Source: Pseudomonadota bacterium
GTDB lineage: Bacteria > Myxococcota > JACRCW01 > JAFGSX01
Length of the DNA stretch: 64,000 nt
NCBI GenBank assembly: GCA_043821645.1
Contig: JBDRCO010000068.1
Location: 256,001-320,000, forward strand
Reading direction: 5' to 3'
Part shown: one piece after another, positions 1 to 9,218 of the stretch
How the letters are laid out: the number at the start of each line of letters is the position of its first letter
How positions within the stretch are numbered: position 1 is the first letter of the stretch
Program-made: the position numbers and the translations under genes
Notes under the pieces: model-generated
The model's database searches: none
The model's input: only the letters and a program-made list of their open reading frames with translations
Told to the model about the DNA's origin: nothing

Positions 1-1
1 C

Positions 2-388
2 GGCGGCGTGCTGCTCATTGGCCCACACGAGCTCAACGTGACCGGGGCCGACCGCTTTGGCGACGCCGACGTCACCGGGCCGGTGACCCTGACCCTGAGC
101 CGCACCCACGACATGCGCGAGTGGTCCATTGGCCGCGTCGGACCACGGTATCGCGCCGAGCGCCAGGACAGGGTGCTGACCGTGGTCACCGGACCATCGG
201 GAGTCGAGTACGACGTGCGCATCGTGGGCAAGCGCGCAAAGGTTTACAGGCACGGCACACGCACCGAGATCACCCGGACCTCCGGCAACCCCAACAACGT
301 CGTCGCGGTGCGCGAGGTCGAGCTTTACTACCAGGAGTTCGTGCTCAAGATCGGGAGTTTTGCGCTGGCAGCGCACCGGGGACCGTGA
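2..388 (+). CDS. hypothetical protein, probably the C-terminal part of a gene starting upstream of the window
   Basis: Frame is open from the window edge to TGA at 386-388, with GC3-rich codons and no recognisable motif. Confidence 0.55.
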   Translation, partial: GGVLLIGPHELNVTGADRFGDADVTGPVTLTLSRTHDMREWSIGRVGPRYRAERQDRVLTVVTGPSGVEYDVRIVGKRAKVYRHGTRTEITRTSGNPNNVVAVREVELYYQEFVLKIGSFALAAHRGP

Positions 389-463
389 CCCAATCTGAGC
401 GCACACCCCTGGCGGTGTGCAGTGATTCACCAGGGCATGCAGCGCGTGCCATGAGAGGTCGAC

Positions 464-1762
464 ATGGATTCGAAGGCGATTCGCGAGAAGCACAAGCAGT
501 TTCTGTTTCCGGCGGTGGCCAACTACTACAAGTCTCCCCTGGTTCTCGAGAAGGGTGAGGGGATGTACGTGACCGACGCCGACGGCGTGCGTTACCTGGA
601 CTTCTTCGGGGGTATCCTGACCGTCAGCGTGGGTCACTGTCACCCCGAGGTGAACCGCCGCGTCAAGGCGCAGATCGACACCCTGGGCCACACCAGCACC
701 CTGTACCAGAATGCTCCCATCGTCGAGCTGGCCGAGACCCTGGCCGGGTTGGCGCCGGGCAAGCTGTCACAGACCTTCTTCACCGGCAGCGGCACAGAGG
801 CCGACGAGACCGCGGTGGCCCTGGCCCAGGTGCACACCGGGAACCAGGAACTCATCGCCCTGCGCCATGGTTACTCGGGCCGCTCCATGCTGGCCATGAG
901 CCTGACCGCACACTCCAACTACCGCGCGGTGCCGACACAGATCGCGGCCATCAAGCACGCACACAACCCCTACTGCTACCGCTGCCCCTTCAAGCTGACC
1001 TATCCCAAGTGCGATGTGGCCTGTGCCCGGGATATCGAGGAGCTGATCCGCACCACGACGACAGGCCGCATCGCGGGCATCCTCATCGAACCCATCCAGG
1101 GCGTGGGTGGCTTCGTGGTGGCACCCAAGGAGTACATCCAGGTCGCGGTGGACATCGTGCACAAAGCCGGCGGCCTGTTCATCTGTGACGAGGTGCAGAC
1201 CGGCTTTGGCCGCACCGGTGGCCGGATGTGGGGCATCGAGCACTGGGGCGTCGAGCCCGACATCATGACCATGGCCAAGGGCATCGCCAACGGCATGCCC
1301 ATCGCCGCCACCATGACCCGGCCCGAGATCGCGGCCAGCTACAAGGTCGGCACCATCAGCACCTACGGCGGCAACGCGATCTCCAGCACCGCGGCCAGTG
1401 CCACCATCGCTGTCATTCTCGAGCACAAGCTGGTCGAGAACTCCAGGCTGCGGGGCGACGAGCTGCGCGCGGGTCTCGAGGGCCTGAAGAAGAAGTACCC
1501 GAAGACCATAGGCGACGTACGAGGAATGGGGCTGATGCAGGCGCTCGAGCTGGTCAAGGACGAGACCGCTCAGGACCGCACGCCGAACCCCGAGGCCACC
1601 CTGGCACTGTTCGAGGCGACCCGCGAGCGCGGCCTGATCATCGGCAAGGGCGGTCTGTACGGCAACACCATCCGCATCGCACCGCCGCTCACCGTCGACG
1701 CCACGCAGGTCCAGGATGCCGTGAAGGTCCTGGATCAGAGTCTCGGTGCAATCGGCGCCTGA
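464..1762 (+). CDS. class III PLP-dependent aminotransferase (AGXT2/GabT-like)
   Basis: YLDFFGG, EPIQGVGG, DEVQTGFGRTG and MAKG (PLP lysine) motifs; GAGAGG SD upstream. Confidence 0.93.
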   Translation: MDSKAIREKHKQFLFPAVANYYKSPLVLEKGEGMYVTDADGVRYLDFFGGILTVSVGHCHPEVNRRVKAQIDTLGHTSTLYQNAPIVELAETLAGLAPGKLSQTFFTGSGTEADETAVALAQVHTGNQELIALRHGYSGRSMLAMSLTAHSNYRAVPTQIAAIKHAHNPYCYRCPFKLTYPKCDVACARDIEELIRTTTTGRIAGILIEPIQGVGGFVVAPKEYIQVAVDIVHKAGGLFICDEVQTGFGRTGGRMWGIEHWGVEPDIMTMAKGIANGMPIAATMTRPEIAASYKVGTISTYGGNAISSTAASATIAVILEHKLVENSRLRGDELRAGLEGLKKKYPKTIGDVRGMGLMQALELVKDETAQDRTPNPEATLALFEATRERGLIIGKGGLYGNTIRIAPPLTVDATQVQDAVKVLDQSLGAIGA

Positions 1763-1778
1763 GGACTGAACAAGAGAT

Positions 1779-4463
1779 TCAGCGACAGCCCACGTTGACG
1801 GTCTGTGGCCGGGCCGCAAAGGGTAAACTGCGACCTTGCCCGAGCTGGGCACCGGCGTTGGAGCCCCAGCAGCGCAGCACCCCGGCGCTGTCGACGGCGC
1901 AGGTGAACTCACCACCCGCGCTGAGGGACAGCACGGGCTCGAGCATGGTGTTCGGATCCAGGCGGACGCGCACGGGCTCGGAGCTGTTCGCCGTGCTGCC
2001 GTCGCCGAGCTGGCCATAGACGTTGGCGCCCCAGCACCAGGCCCGCTGATTCTGATCCAGAGCACAGCTGTGCGAGCCCCCGGCGGTCAGGGTGCTGACC
2101 TGGCTGAGGTTGCCCGCGACCTGCACCGGCGAGGTTCGCGTGGTGGTGCTGCCGTCGCCAAGCTGGCCGCTTCCATTGGCTCCCCAGCACCACACGAGGT
2201 CCCCGGTGCGCACCACGCAGGCGTGGGCATTGCCGACGGCGAGGGCCGTGGCATCCGCCAGGGCCTGGCCGGGGGACAGCTCGACCTGGCGCGCGAAGGG
2301 TTCCTGGGCGCTGGTAGGGGTGGCCAGCCGCCCGTCGTCACCGAGGCCCCAGCACCAGACCTCGCCGCTGCCGAGCCGAGCGCAGCCGTGGTAGTAGCCG
2401 GCCTGCACCTCGACCACATCGACGAGGGGCGTGCTGGCATCGCGCAGCACCTGCACCGCTCGAGGCTGGCTGCTCGTGTCCGGTCCGTCGCCCAGGGACT
2501 GGTAGCGATCCCCGCCCCAGCACCAGACCGTGCCCGCGCCATCGTCCAGGGCCGCACAGGCATGGGACTCCCCCAGACTGATGCTGCAAACAGGCTGCAG
2601 TACGGCCTGGGACTGCTGCGTGACCTGCACTGGAATCGCCTGGTTTCCCTGGCTGCCTCCATCGCCGAGCCGACCGAGGTAGTTCGATCCCCAGCACCAG
2701 GCGGTGCGGTCCTGAGCGATGGCACAGCTGAAGGCATCCGCACGGGAGGAGGCAAGCTGCTCGTGGTGAGCGACGCTGGTCCCGGCGAGGCGGGTCACGA
2801 CAGGCTGCGGCGGCCAGGCCAGAGTTCCAGTCAGACCGGTGCCAAGCTGCCCGCTCTCATTGCTGCCCCAGCACCATGTGGCGCCGTCGCTGAGCAGGGC
2901 ACAGGCGTGGGTCTGTGACGCGGCCACGGCCTTGGCAGGGCGAGCCGCGCAACTGCCCGGAGGCAGGCCGGGGCCAGGCTGGGGCGCAAGCACCGTGGGC
3001 TGGGCCGTGGCGTCGAGACCAAGCTGACCCTTGTCGTTGCTGCCCCAGCACCAGACAGCCCCGTCGCCCAGCACGCCGCAGGTGTGGGAGTGGCCAGCGG
3101 CAAGGAATGTGAAACCCTGTGCCGCCGCGGTCTCCAGGGTGTAGACGGTTGCCGGTAGCGGTCGATCGATCTCTGACCCGTCACCGAGGGCGCCACTGCT
3201 GTTGCTGCCCCAGCAACGAGCGCTGCCATCGTCGAGCAGGGCGCAACTGTGGCTGGATCCCAGGGCCAGCTGCACAGCAGACAGGAGTCCGGGCACCGCC
3301 ACAGCCTTGGTGCGCGAGACACCGCCGCCATCCCCGAGCTGACCCGAGTTGCCCTCGCCCCAGCACCTCACCTCGCCCGTCGCCCTACGCGCACAGCAGT
3401 GGCTGCTTCCGCAGGCGATTTCTTCGACCCCGTCGAGAATTCCACCCTCGGCGAGCTGAACCTGCACCAGCGCAGGACTGTTGTCGTTGGTGCCATTGCC
3501 GAGCTGGCCTCGACTGTTGCTCCCGGTGCACTGCACGGAGCCCGAGCTGCTGCGGACACAGCTGATGTAGCTGCCGCAGGCGACCTGGGCGGCACCCTGA
3601 ACAGGTACCCCCGCACCATCGAGCACGGGCGTCGCGTGCAGGAAGGTCTGTGTGGCGTAGTCACCCTGCCCGAGCTGGCCGTACTGGTTGTTGCCCCAGC
3701 ACCAGGCCCTGCCGTCGATGCCAACGGCGCAGGCGTGAGTTCCCCCGACACCGACCTGGGCGATCCCTTGCATGGGCTCGGCACTGGCGTCACGCACGTT
3801 CACCGCGCGGGGTGCGCTCGAGGTGGTGCCCTGTCCGAGCTGGCCATAATAGCCGGAGCCCCAGCACCACAGGCCACCGCTGTCGTCGACCGCGCAGAAG
3901 GTATTTCCCCGACCCGCCATGGACACGACGCCTTGCAGGGGCTCGTCCACGTCGGCCAGCAGGACCTGTTGCGGGAGCGCCGTGGCTCCTCCGGTGGAAC
4001 CACTTCCCAGCGCGGACGCTGTCGCATCGCCGGTGCACCACACCGTGGCGTCGTCGCGCAGGGCGCAGGTCAGCTCCTCCGCCAGGGCCAGGCCACTGGC
4101 CGGAGCAGGACCGCAGCGCCCACTCGTGCAGCCCGTGCCCGGCTCGCACGCGCTGCACGCGGATCCGCCTGTTCCGCAGGCCAGCTCCGCATCGCCGGCC
4201 AGGCACTGCTCGCCGCTCCAGCAACCGGTGCAGCAGGTGTCCGCGTGACACAGCCCTCCGGCGCAGATGCCGCTGTGATAGCAGAAGCCACCGACGGTAT
4301 CGCAGGCGTAGCAGGACGGACACTCGGCGTCCCTGGTACAGGTCGTGGCCGGCAGCGAGGGCGGACACGAGATCAGCAATGCGCTCCCGCTCAACGCGGT
4401 GGTGACCAGAAGGCTGATCAGGATTCCGCGACCTCTGCGGTACTCACTCAACAGGCACCTCAC
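1779..4463 (-). CDS. RCC1/BLIP-II repeat lipoprotein with Cys-rich N-terminus
   Basis: More than ten G.vwCWG.N..GQLG.G / HxC repeats; lipobox-like LLISC. Start overlaps the 3' end of the PEGA gene. Confidence 0.9.
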   Translation of the reverse strand: MRCLLSEYRRGRGILISLLVTTALSGSALLISCPPSLPATTCTRDAECPSCYACDTVGGFCYHSGICAGGLCHADTCCTGCWSGEQCLAGDAELACGTGGSACSACEPGTGCTSGRCGPAPASGLALAEELTCALRDDATVWCTGDATASALGSGSTGGATALPQQVLLADVDEPLQGVVSMAGRGNTFCAVDDSGGLWCWGSGYYGQLGQGTTSSAPRAVNVRDASAEPMQGIAQVGVGGTHACAVGIDGRAWCWGNNQYGQLGQGDYATQTFLHATPVLDGAGVPVQGAAQVACGSYISCVRSSSGSVQCTGSNSRGQLGNGTNDNSPALVQVQLAEGGILDGVEEIACGSSHCCARRATGEVRCWGEGNSGQLGDGGGVSRTKAVAVPGLLSAVQLALGSSHSCALLDDGSARCWGSNSSGALGDGSEIDRPLPATVYTLETAAAQGFTFLAAGHSHTCGVLGDGAVWCWGSNDKGQLGLDATAQPTVLAPQPGPGLPPGSCAARPAKAVAASQTHACALLSDGATWCWGSNESGQLGTGLTGTLAWPPQPVVTRLAGTSVAHHEQLASSRADAFSCAIAQDRTAWCWGSNYLGRLGDGGSQGNQAIPVQVTQQSQAVLQPVCSISLGESHACAALDDGAGTVWCWGGDRYQSLGDGPDTSSQPRAVQVLRDASTPLVDVVEVQAGYYHGCARLGSGEVWCWGLGDDGRLATPTSAQEPFARQVELSPGQALADATALAVGNAHACVVRTGDLVWCWGANGSGQLGDGSTTTRTSPVQVAGNLSQVSTLTAGGSHSCALDQNQRAWCWGANVYGQLGDGSTANSSEPVRVRLDPNTMLEPVLSLSAGGEFTCAVDSAGVLRCWGSNAGAQLGQGRSLPFAARPQTVNVGCR

Positions 4464-5538
4464 CGTCGGCCGCAGCGCCGGTCGCCATCACGATGGCCAC
4501 CACGCCCAGGGGGATGAGCAGGACCCCGGTCGTGCCGAGGGCCACCCCCGTCCACCAGAAGCCTTCCGCGGCGTGGTAACGCTCCACCTCCGCGCGGTAA
4601 GCATCGCGATCTGTGACCACGGTCCTTTCACCTTCCACGGTCCGCGTGTACTGCTGGCTCGCCAGCCAGGGCAGGAGCAGCTGTGAACTCGCCACCAGGC
4701 CCGCGACGAGCACGGCGGCGCCAAGCACGGAGGTGGCCACGCCGACGGGAAGGAGCCAGGCCGGGGACCCTGGGGGATCCTCGACCTTGGGGCGGATCGA
4801 AGCCCGGGGGGGCTGGTCCTGAGAGCTGAGGCGGACCGTACCCGAGGCCAGCTCGAGCTCGAGCACCGTGGTGCTGCCGTAGGTGACCTCGACGAAATGG
4901 TCGAAGTCAGGGCGCCCCTGCTGAACGACGCGAAGAGCATGCTTGCCAGGAGAGAGGGTCCGCAACAGGGGCAAGGGCGACACACCGACCTCGCCGCCGT
5001 CGATGAAGACCCGAGCGCCAGGCTCGTCGATGCGGAGATCGAGAGCGCCCACGAACTGGGTGGGAGCCACGAGCTGGACCGCGAGCTCTCGCACACCGCG
5101 AATGAGCACGGCCTGCTCGCCTTGAAGCACCACGGACTGGCGAGCCAGCACGGTCCGCCCCACGCTGTCCACCAGCTTGGCGTCGAGCACGTACGATGCA
5201 CCAAGCCCTGCCACCGTCGCGTACAGAACCCGGTCGGCACCTATGCCCCGCCCAAATTCCGCAAGGCAATCCGCATGGCCCGGGCACTGCTTTCCGACGA
5301 TGTCCCACTGGTCCTTGAGCGCCGTGGCCTCGGCCCGCGGCACCACGATCACCTCTCCGATCGCGGACAGTTCCGCGTGCACGAGAGCCTCGAGTCGCAG
5401 GGCGACCTCGGCGTCGGTCCCCAGAGGCACCAGGGGATAGACGGCGACGGTGCGCGACGACAGGGCTTTCTGGCTTGCGGGTTCCGCTGCGAGGGCCACA
5501 GCCAGGACGATCAAACTCAGGGGGGCAGCGGCCATCAT
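4444..5538 (-). CDS. PEGA-domain membrane/secreted protein
   Basis: Signal peptide, TolB-N/CsgG-like N-domain, PEGA motif (GARVFIDGGEVGVSPL...LSPGKHALRV), two C-terminal hydrophobic helices. Confidence 0.85.
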   Translation of the reverse strand: MMAAAPLSLIVLAVALAAEPASQKALSSRTVAVYPLVPLGTDAEVALRLEALVHAELSAIGEVIVVPRAEATALKDQWDIVGKQCPGHADCLAEFGRGIGADRVLYATVAGLGASYVLDAKLVDSVGRTVLARQSVVLQGEQAVLIRGVRELAVQLVAPTQFVGALDLRIDEPGARVFIDGGEVGVSPLPLLRTLSPGKHALRVVQQGRPDFDHFVEVTYGSTTVLELELASGTVRLSSQDQPPRASIRPKVEDPPGSPAWLLPVGVATSVLGAAVLVAGLVASSQLLLPWLASQQYTRTVEGERTVVTDRDAYRAEVERYHAAEGFWWTGVALGTTGVLLIPLGVVAIVMATGAAADGEVPVE

Positions 5539-5586
5539 TGATTTATAGCAGCACCAAGGGGCGAGCGGGAGGGGGCGGACACAAGT

Positions 5587-6813
5587 TCATCCGTTGTTCT
5601 TATCACCTGATCCGCTCTGTCGACTCGCCAGCACGCTCTGGCGTACGGTCTGACCAAGCGCCAGACAGCGTTCGAGCACGTCCTCGGTGGGCCGGTACTG
5701 GGCGCTCACCCCGGGACTCACCAGCTCGACCTTCATCTCCTCGAGCGCCGCGTTGAGCTGGCGCACGCCCGTGTCGGCCCAGCCGTAGGATCCAAAACTC
5801 GCGCCGATCTTTCCTCTGGGCTTGAGACCCTTGAGGTAGCTCAGCAGGTCATTCATCCCGGGCAGCAGGCCCGTATTGAAAACCGGCGAGCCAAGCACCA
5901 CGGCCCGGGCCTCGAGCAGGTCGGCAACCACGTCGCTGCGGTGATTCTTGCGCAGGTCGAAGACCTTGAGCTCCACCCCGGGACCGTCGAGTCCCCGGGC
6001 CACCGCCCGCGCCATCTGCGCCGTGCTGTCCCACATGGTGTCGAAGATGATCACGGCCTTGGGCTGCGCGACACCCTCGGACCAGCCCCGGTAGCGCGCG
6101 CGGATGCCCTCGACGTCGGCGCGCCACAGCACCCCGTGGTCCGGCGCCAGGATGCGCGGCTGCCAGCCCCTGTCGTCGAGCCGGGTGAGGAACTTCTTCA
6201 TGGCGGGTGCGGTGGGCCAGAAGATGTTGGCGAAGTACTTGGCGGCCTGCCAGTTCAGCTCTCCGGCCGCGACCTCGTCGTCATAGCGGGCGCTACTCGC
6301 CAGGTGCTGGCCAAAGATGTCGTTGCTGAACAGGAGTCTCTCCTCGACCAGGTAGCTGACCATGCTGTCGGGCCAGTGCAGCATCTTGCTCGGCATGAAC
6401 TGCAGGGTCCGGCCGCCCAGATCGAGTGTGCTGTCCTCGCCCACCTCGACGAAGGGCCAGTCCGCTCGATGAAAGTGCGCCAGCAGGGTCTTCTTGCCAT
6501 CGGCGGAACACACCAGCTGCTTTGGCGCGCAGGCCTCGAGGATCGCGGGGAGCGCTCCCGAGTGATCCATCTCGGCGTGGTTGCTGACCACGATGTCGAT
6601 GGTCGCCGGATCCAGCACCTCACGGATGCTCTCCAGCAAGGAGCTTGCGTGCTCCACCTTGACCGTGTCGACGAGAACGGTGTGCTCCTTGCCGCGGATC
6701 AAGAAGGCATTGTAGGTGCTGCCTTGCTCGGTGGCGTAGCCGTGAAAATCGCGCAGCGCCCAGTCCACGGCGCCAACCCAGTACAGGTCCTGGCAGATCT
6801 CGATGGCCTTCAT
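5587..6813 (-). CDS. fprA: flavodiiron protein (FprA/A-type flavoprotein)
   Basis: GSTYNAFLI, NHAEMDHSG, LHWPDSM and PDHG motifs followed by a flavodoxin domain (GSYGW). Confidence 0.93.
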   Translation of the reverse strand: MKAIEICQDLYWVGAVDWALRDFHGYATEQGSTYNAFLIRGKEHTVLVDTVKVEHASSLLESIREVLDPATIDIVVSNHAEMDHSGALPAILEACAPKQLVCSADGKKTLLAHFHRADWPFVEVGEDSTLDLGGRTLQFMPSKMLHWPDSMVSYLVEERLLFSNDIFGQHLASSARYDDEVAAGELNWQAAKYFANIFWPTAPAMKKFLTRLDDRGWQPRILAPDHGVLWRADVEGIRARYRGWSEGVAQPKAVIIFDTMWDSTAQMARAVARGLDGPGVELKVFDLRKNHRSDVVADLLEARAVVLGSPVFNTGLLPGMNDLLSYLKGLKPRGKIGASFGSYGWADTGVRQLNAALEEMKVELVSPGVSAQYRPTEDVLERCLALGQTVRQSVLASRQSGSGDKNNG

Positions 6814-6961
6814 GCGTCAATCTCCTGCGGTGTCATGCCTGGTGGTGGCCCCAAGCATGCCAGTGTGATCCCGAGACGCAAGCCTGAGCTCGAGGCTGGT
6901 TGACGGCACCGGGCACGACCTGCGATGACAGTCGGACGCACTGCGCAGCGACGAGCCCAGG

Positions 6962-7963
6962 ATGGACGACGACAAGCCCAAGAAAGCACCGCCCGGCAAC
7001 CCGGGTACCCTGCCCCGCGGCGTCGACCTGGGTCTGGACAAGGTCGCGCGGCGCGAGGAGCGCAAGCTTCGCAGGGCCCGTGCCCTGGTCGAGGACAGCG
7101 CCGACGCCTTCGAGCACAAGCCCGATCGCAGCGAGACAGCGGTCGAGGACGAGATCGATCGCCAGGCTGGCCGTGCCCGCAAGAGCTTGCAGGTCACGGG
7201 GCACTCCACGGGTTCGGAGCCACCGGTGGTGAGCCAGCCACAGGGCCTGCCGCTGCGTCCGGCGGACCCTGCCAGCGTCGAGGCCACCCTGCCCGTCCCA
7301 GCCCGGAGCCTGACTGTCCCGCCCGCGGAGAGCGTGCTGCAGGCTGCCCACGAGCGCATGCAGCGCCACGGACGACGCTATGCGGCAGCAGGGCCCTGGT
7401 TTAGCCCGCACCCCAAGATCCTGGGCAACCAGCACCCGGACCACAGGCCAGTGCCCGATACCACGGAGCAGTTCAAGGACGTCTACCTGTGTCTCGATGT
7501 GCTGTACCTGGCAGGCTACGAGGTCCCCCTGGTTCCTGTCGAGGGGTCACCAGGCACGTTCTGGTATCCGACCGGCGCCGAACTGATCGAGCAGGCCCAC
7601 GGCACTCGCCGCACCGTGCACCTGGTAGGCCAGCAAAAGCTCCAGGGCGTACCACACAAGCAGCGCAGACTGCGCGTGCACAAGGCGGTGCGGGAAGCCC
7701 AGACCGGTGACCTGGTGGTGGGCCTGTACCGGTCCGAGGACCGCTCGCCCTACGGCATGGTGTGGCTGGTGCTCGAAAACCGCCTGGCCGAGGAGTCCGG
7801 ACTCGAGGCCCTCAGCTGCGACGACAGCGGAGCCATCATCGCACTGTACCCGGTCGATCACTTCATCTACGCCGAGCATGTGCAGGTGCTGAGGCCTGTC
7901 CGTGCCCTGGGCGGTGACATGGGGATCGACGATCTGGCGCCACCACCGAAGCTGTACAGCTGA
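6962..7963 (+). CDS. hypothetical protein (low-complexity N-terminus, globular C-terminus)
   Basis: 333-aa ORF with typical codon bias; no family recognised. Confidence 0.7.
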   Translation: MDDDKPKKAPPGNPGTLPRGVDLGLDKVARREERKLRRARALVEDSADAFEHKPDRSETAVEDEIDRQAGRARKSLQVTGHSTGSEPPVVSQPQGLPLRPADPASVEATLPVPARSLTVPPAESVLQAAHERMQRHGRRYAAAGPWFSPHPKILGNQHPDHRPVPDTTEQFKDVYLCLDVLYLAGYEVPLVPVEGSPGTFWYPTGAELIEQAHGTRRTVHLVGQQKLQGVPHKQRRLRVHKAVREAQTGDLVVGLYRSEDRSPYGMVWLVLENRLAEESGLEALSCDDSGAIIALYPVDHFIYAEHVQVLRPVRALGGDMGIDDLAPPPKLYS

Positions 7964-8015
7964 TCGGACGGCACGGACCTTGTGGTAGACTGAGGTCCCG
8001 AGATCGAGGGTCGAC

Positions 8016-9194
8016 ATGCCCCGCATCCGCCGTCACATCCAGCGCCAAAACCCCTTCGCCGCCAGTCGCGAGGCCGACCGCCGCGGCCGCGCCGAAAAGC
8101 AGCGAGATCCAGCACGAACGCGCTTCTTCGCCGAGCGCGAGGTCCTCGAGCGCGATGGCAGCTTCCCCTTCGGCGAGGGTTACCTCTACGGCGACGCTGG
8201 ACCTTCGGTGCGCGACCCGAGCTGGCAGCCAGGAATCGGGACGCCCGGCACCATCAGCGCCGCGGGCCACCGCGGGACCAAGCCCCAGCAACAAGATGCC
8301 TGGGGCTCGCTGCGGCTTCGCGTCGGCAAGGACGACGCCGCAGTTCTTGTGGTCGCCGATGGCGTCAGCGCCTCGGGACCTCGCGCAGCCCGGGCTGCGA
8401 AGACGGCGGTGAGGGTGTTCCTGCGCGAACTGGAGCAGGCTCTGGCTCGGGTGCCAACGAACGAGGCTCGACGCCATGCCACCGTCGAGAAGGCCATGAG
8501 CCACGCGGCCTTCTTCGCCAATTTCGAGGTCGTGCGACAGGTGCTTCTGGATCGCGATGGGAGCGGGCGCTTTGATTCCGGGGACAGGCGTGCGTTGCGC
8601 CGTGACACAGGCGTGGACCTCAAGGCTGGTACGCTGACCGTGGCCGAGATGCGCAGGATCGCACCCCAGCTAGACAAGGTCATTGCCGACGAGGACGAGG
8701 CCGGTCGATCCGCCCTGGCGACCTTCGCGGTGGCAGTGGCGGTGGACAACGACCTGTACACCTTTGCCACGGGCGACGCGGTCGTTAGCCTCTATCGACC
8801 AGGGGAGATCGAGCAGCAGCGTGTCATCCAGCTGACCCATCGCGATCAGGCAGTGGTCGAGCTGTATACCTCGGGTGAGGAGACGCGCGGTCAGGCCGAC
8901 CTGTACGAGAACGTCATCACGGACAGCCTCGGGGATTCCGCCCAGCTTGCGGGCACACTGCGCCGCTATCCCAATCTGCTCGAACCCGGGGATCGCGTGA
9001 TCGCGGCCAGTGATGGACTGGGTCCGCGCGGTCCGCATCAGGGCCTGGACCGGCACGAGATCGAGGCGGCGCTCGAGGCTGCCGAGCCCGAGCACGCTGC
9101 CCGGAACCTTGTCCGAGGTCAGATCGAGGACGTCGACGCCGACACCTACCAGGACAACATCGGCGTGGTCGTGCTCACCATCGATCCCCGTTGA
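8016..9194 (+). CDS. PP2C/PPM-family phosphatase-like protein with an insertion
   Basis: QQDA, VVADG, TGDA, ITDSLG, ASDGL and DNIGVVVL motifs appear in PPM order. Confidence 0.8.
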   Translation: MPRIRRHIQRQNPFAASREADRRGRAEKQRDPARTRFFAEREVLERDGSFPFGEGYLYGDAGPSVRDPSWQPGIGTPGTISAAGHRGTKPQQQDAWGSLRLRVGKDDAAVLVVADGVSASGPRAARAAKTAVRVFLRELEQALARVPTNEARRHATVEKAMSHAAFFANFEVVRQVLLDRDGSGRFDSGDRRALRRDTGVDLKAGTLTVAEMRRIAPQLDKVIADEDEAGRSALATFAVAVAVDNDLYTFATGDAVVSLYRPGEIEQQRVIQLTHRDQAVVELYTSGEETRGQADLYENVITDSLGDSAQLAGTLRRYPNLLEPGDRVIAASDGLGPRGPHQGLDRHEIEAALEAAEPEHAARNLVRGQIEDVDADTYQDNIGVVVLTIDPR

Positions 9195-9218
9195 TCAACC
9201 AGCGCGCCCATCAGCAGC

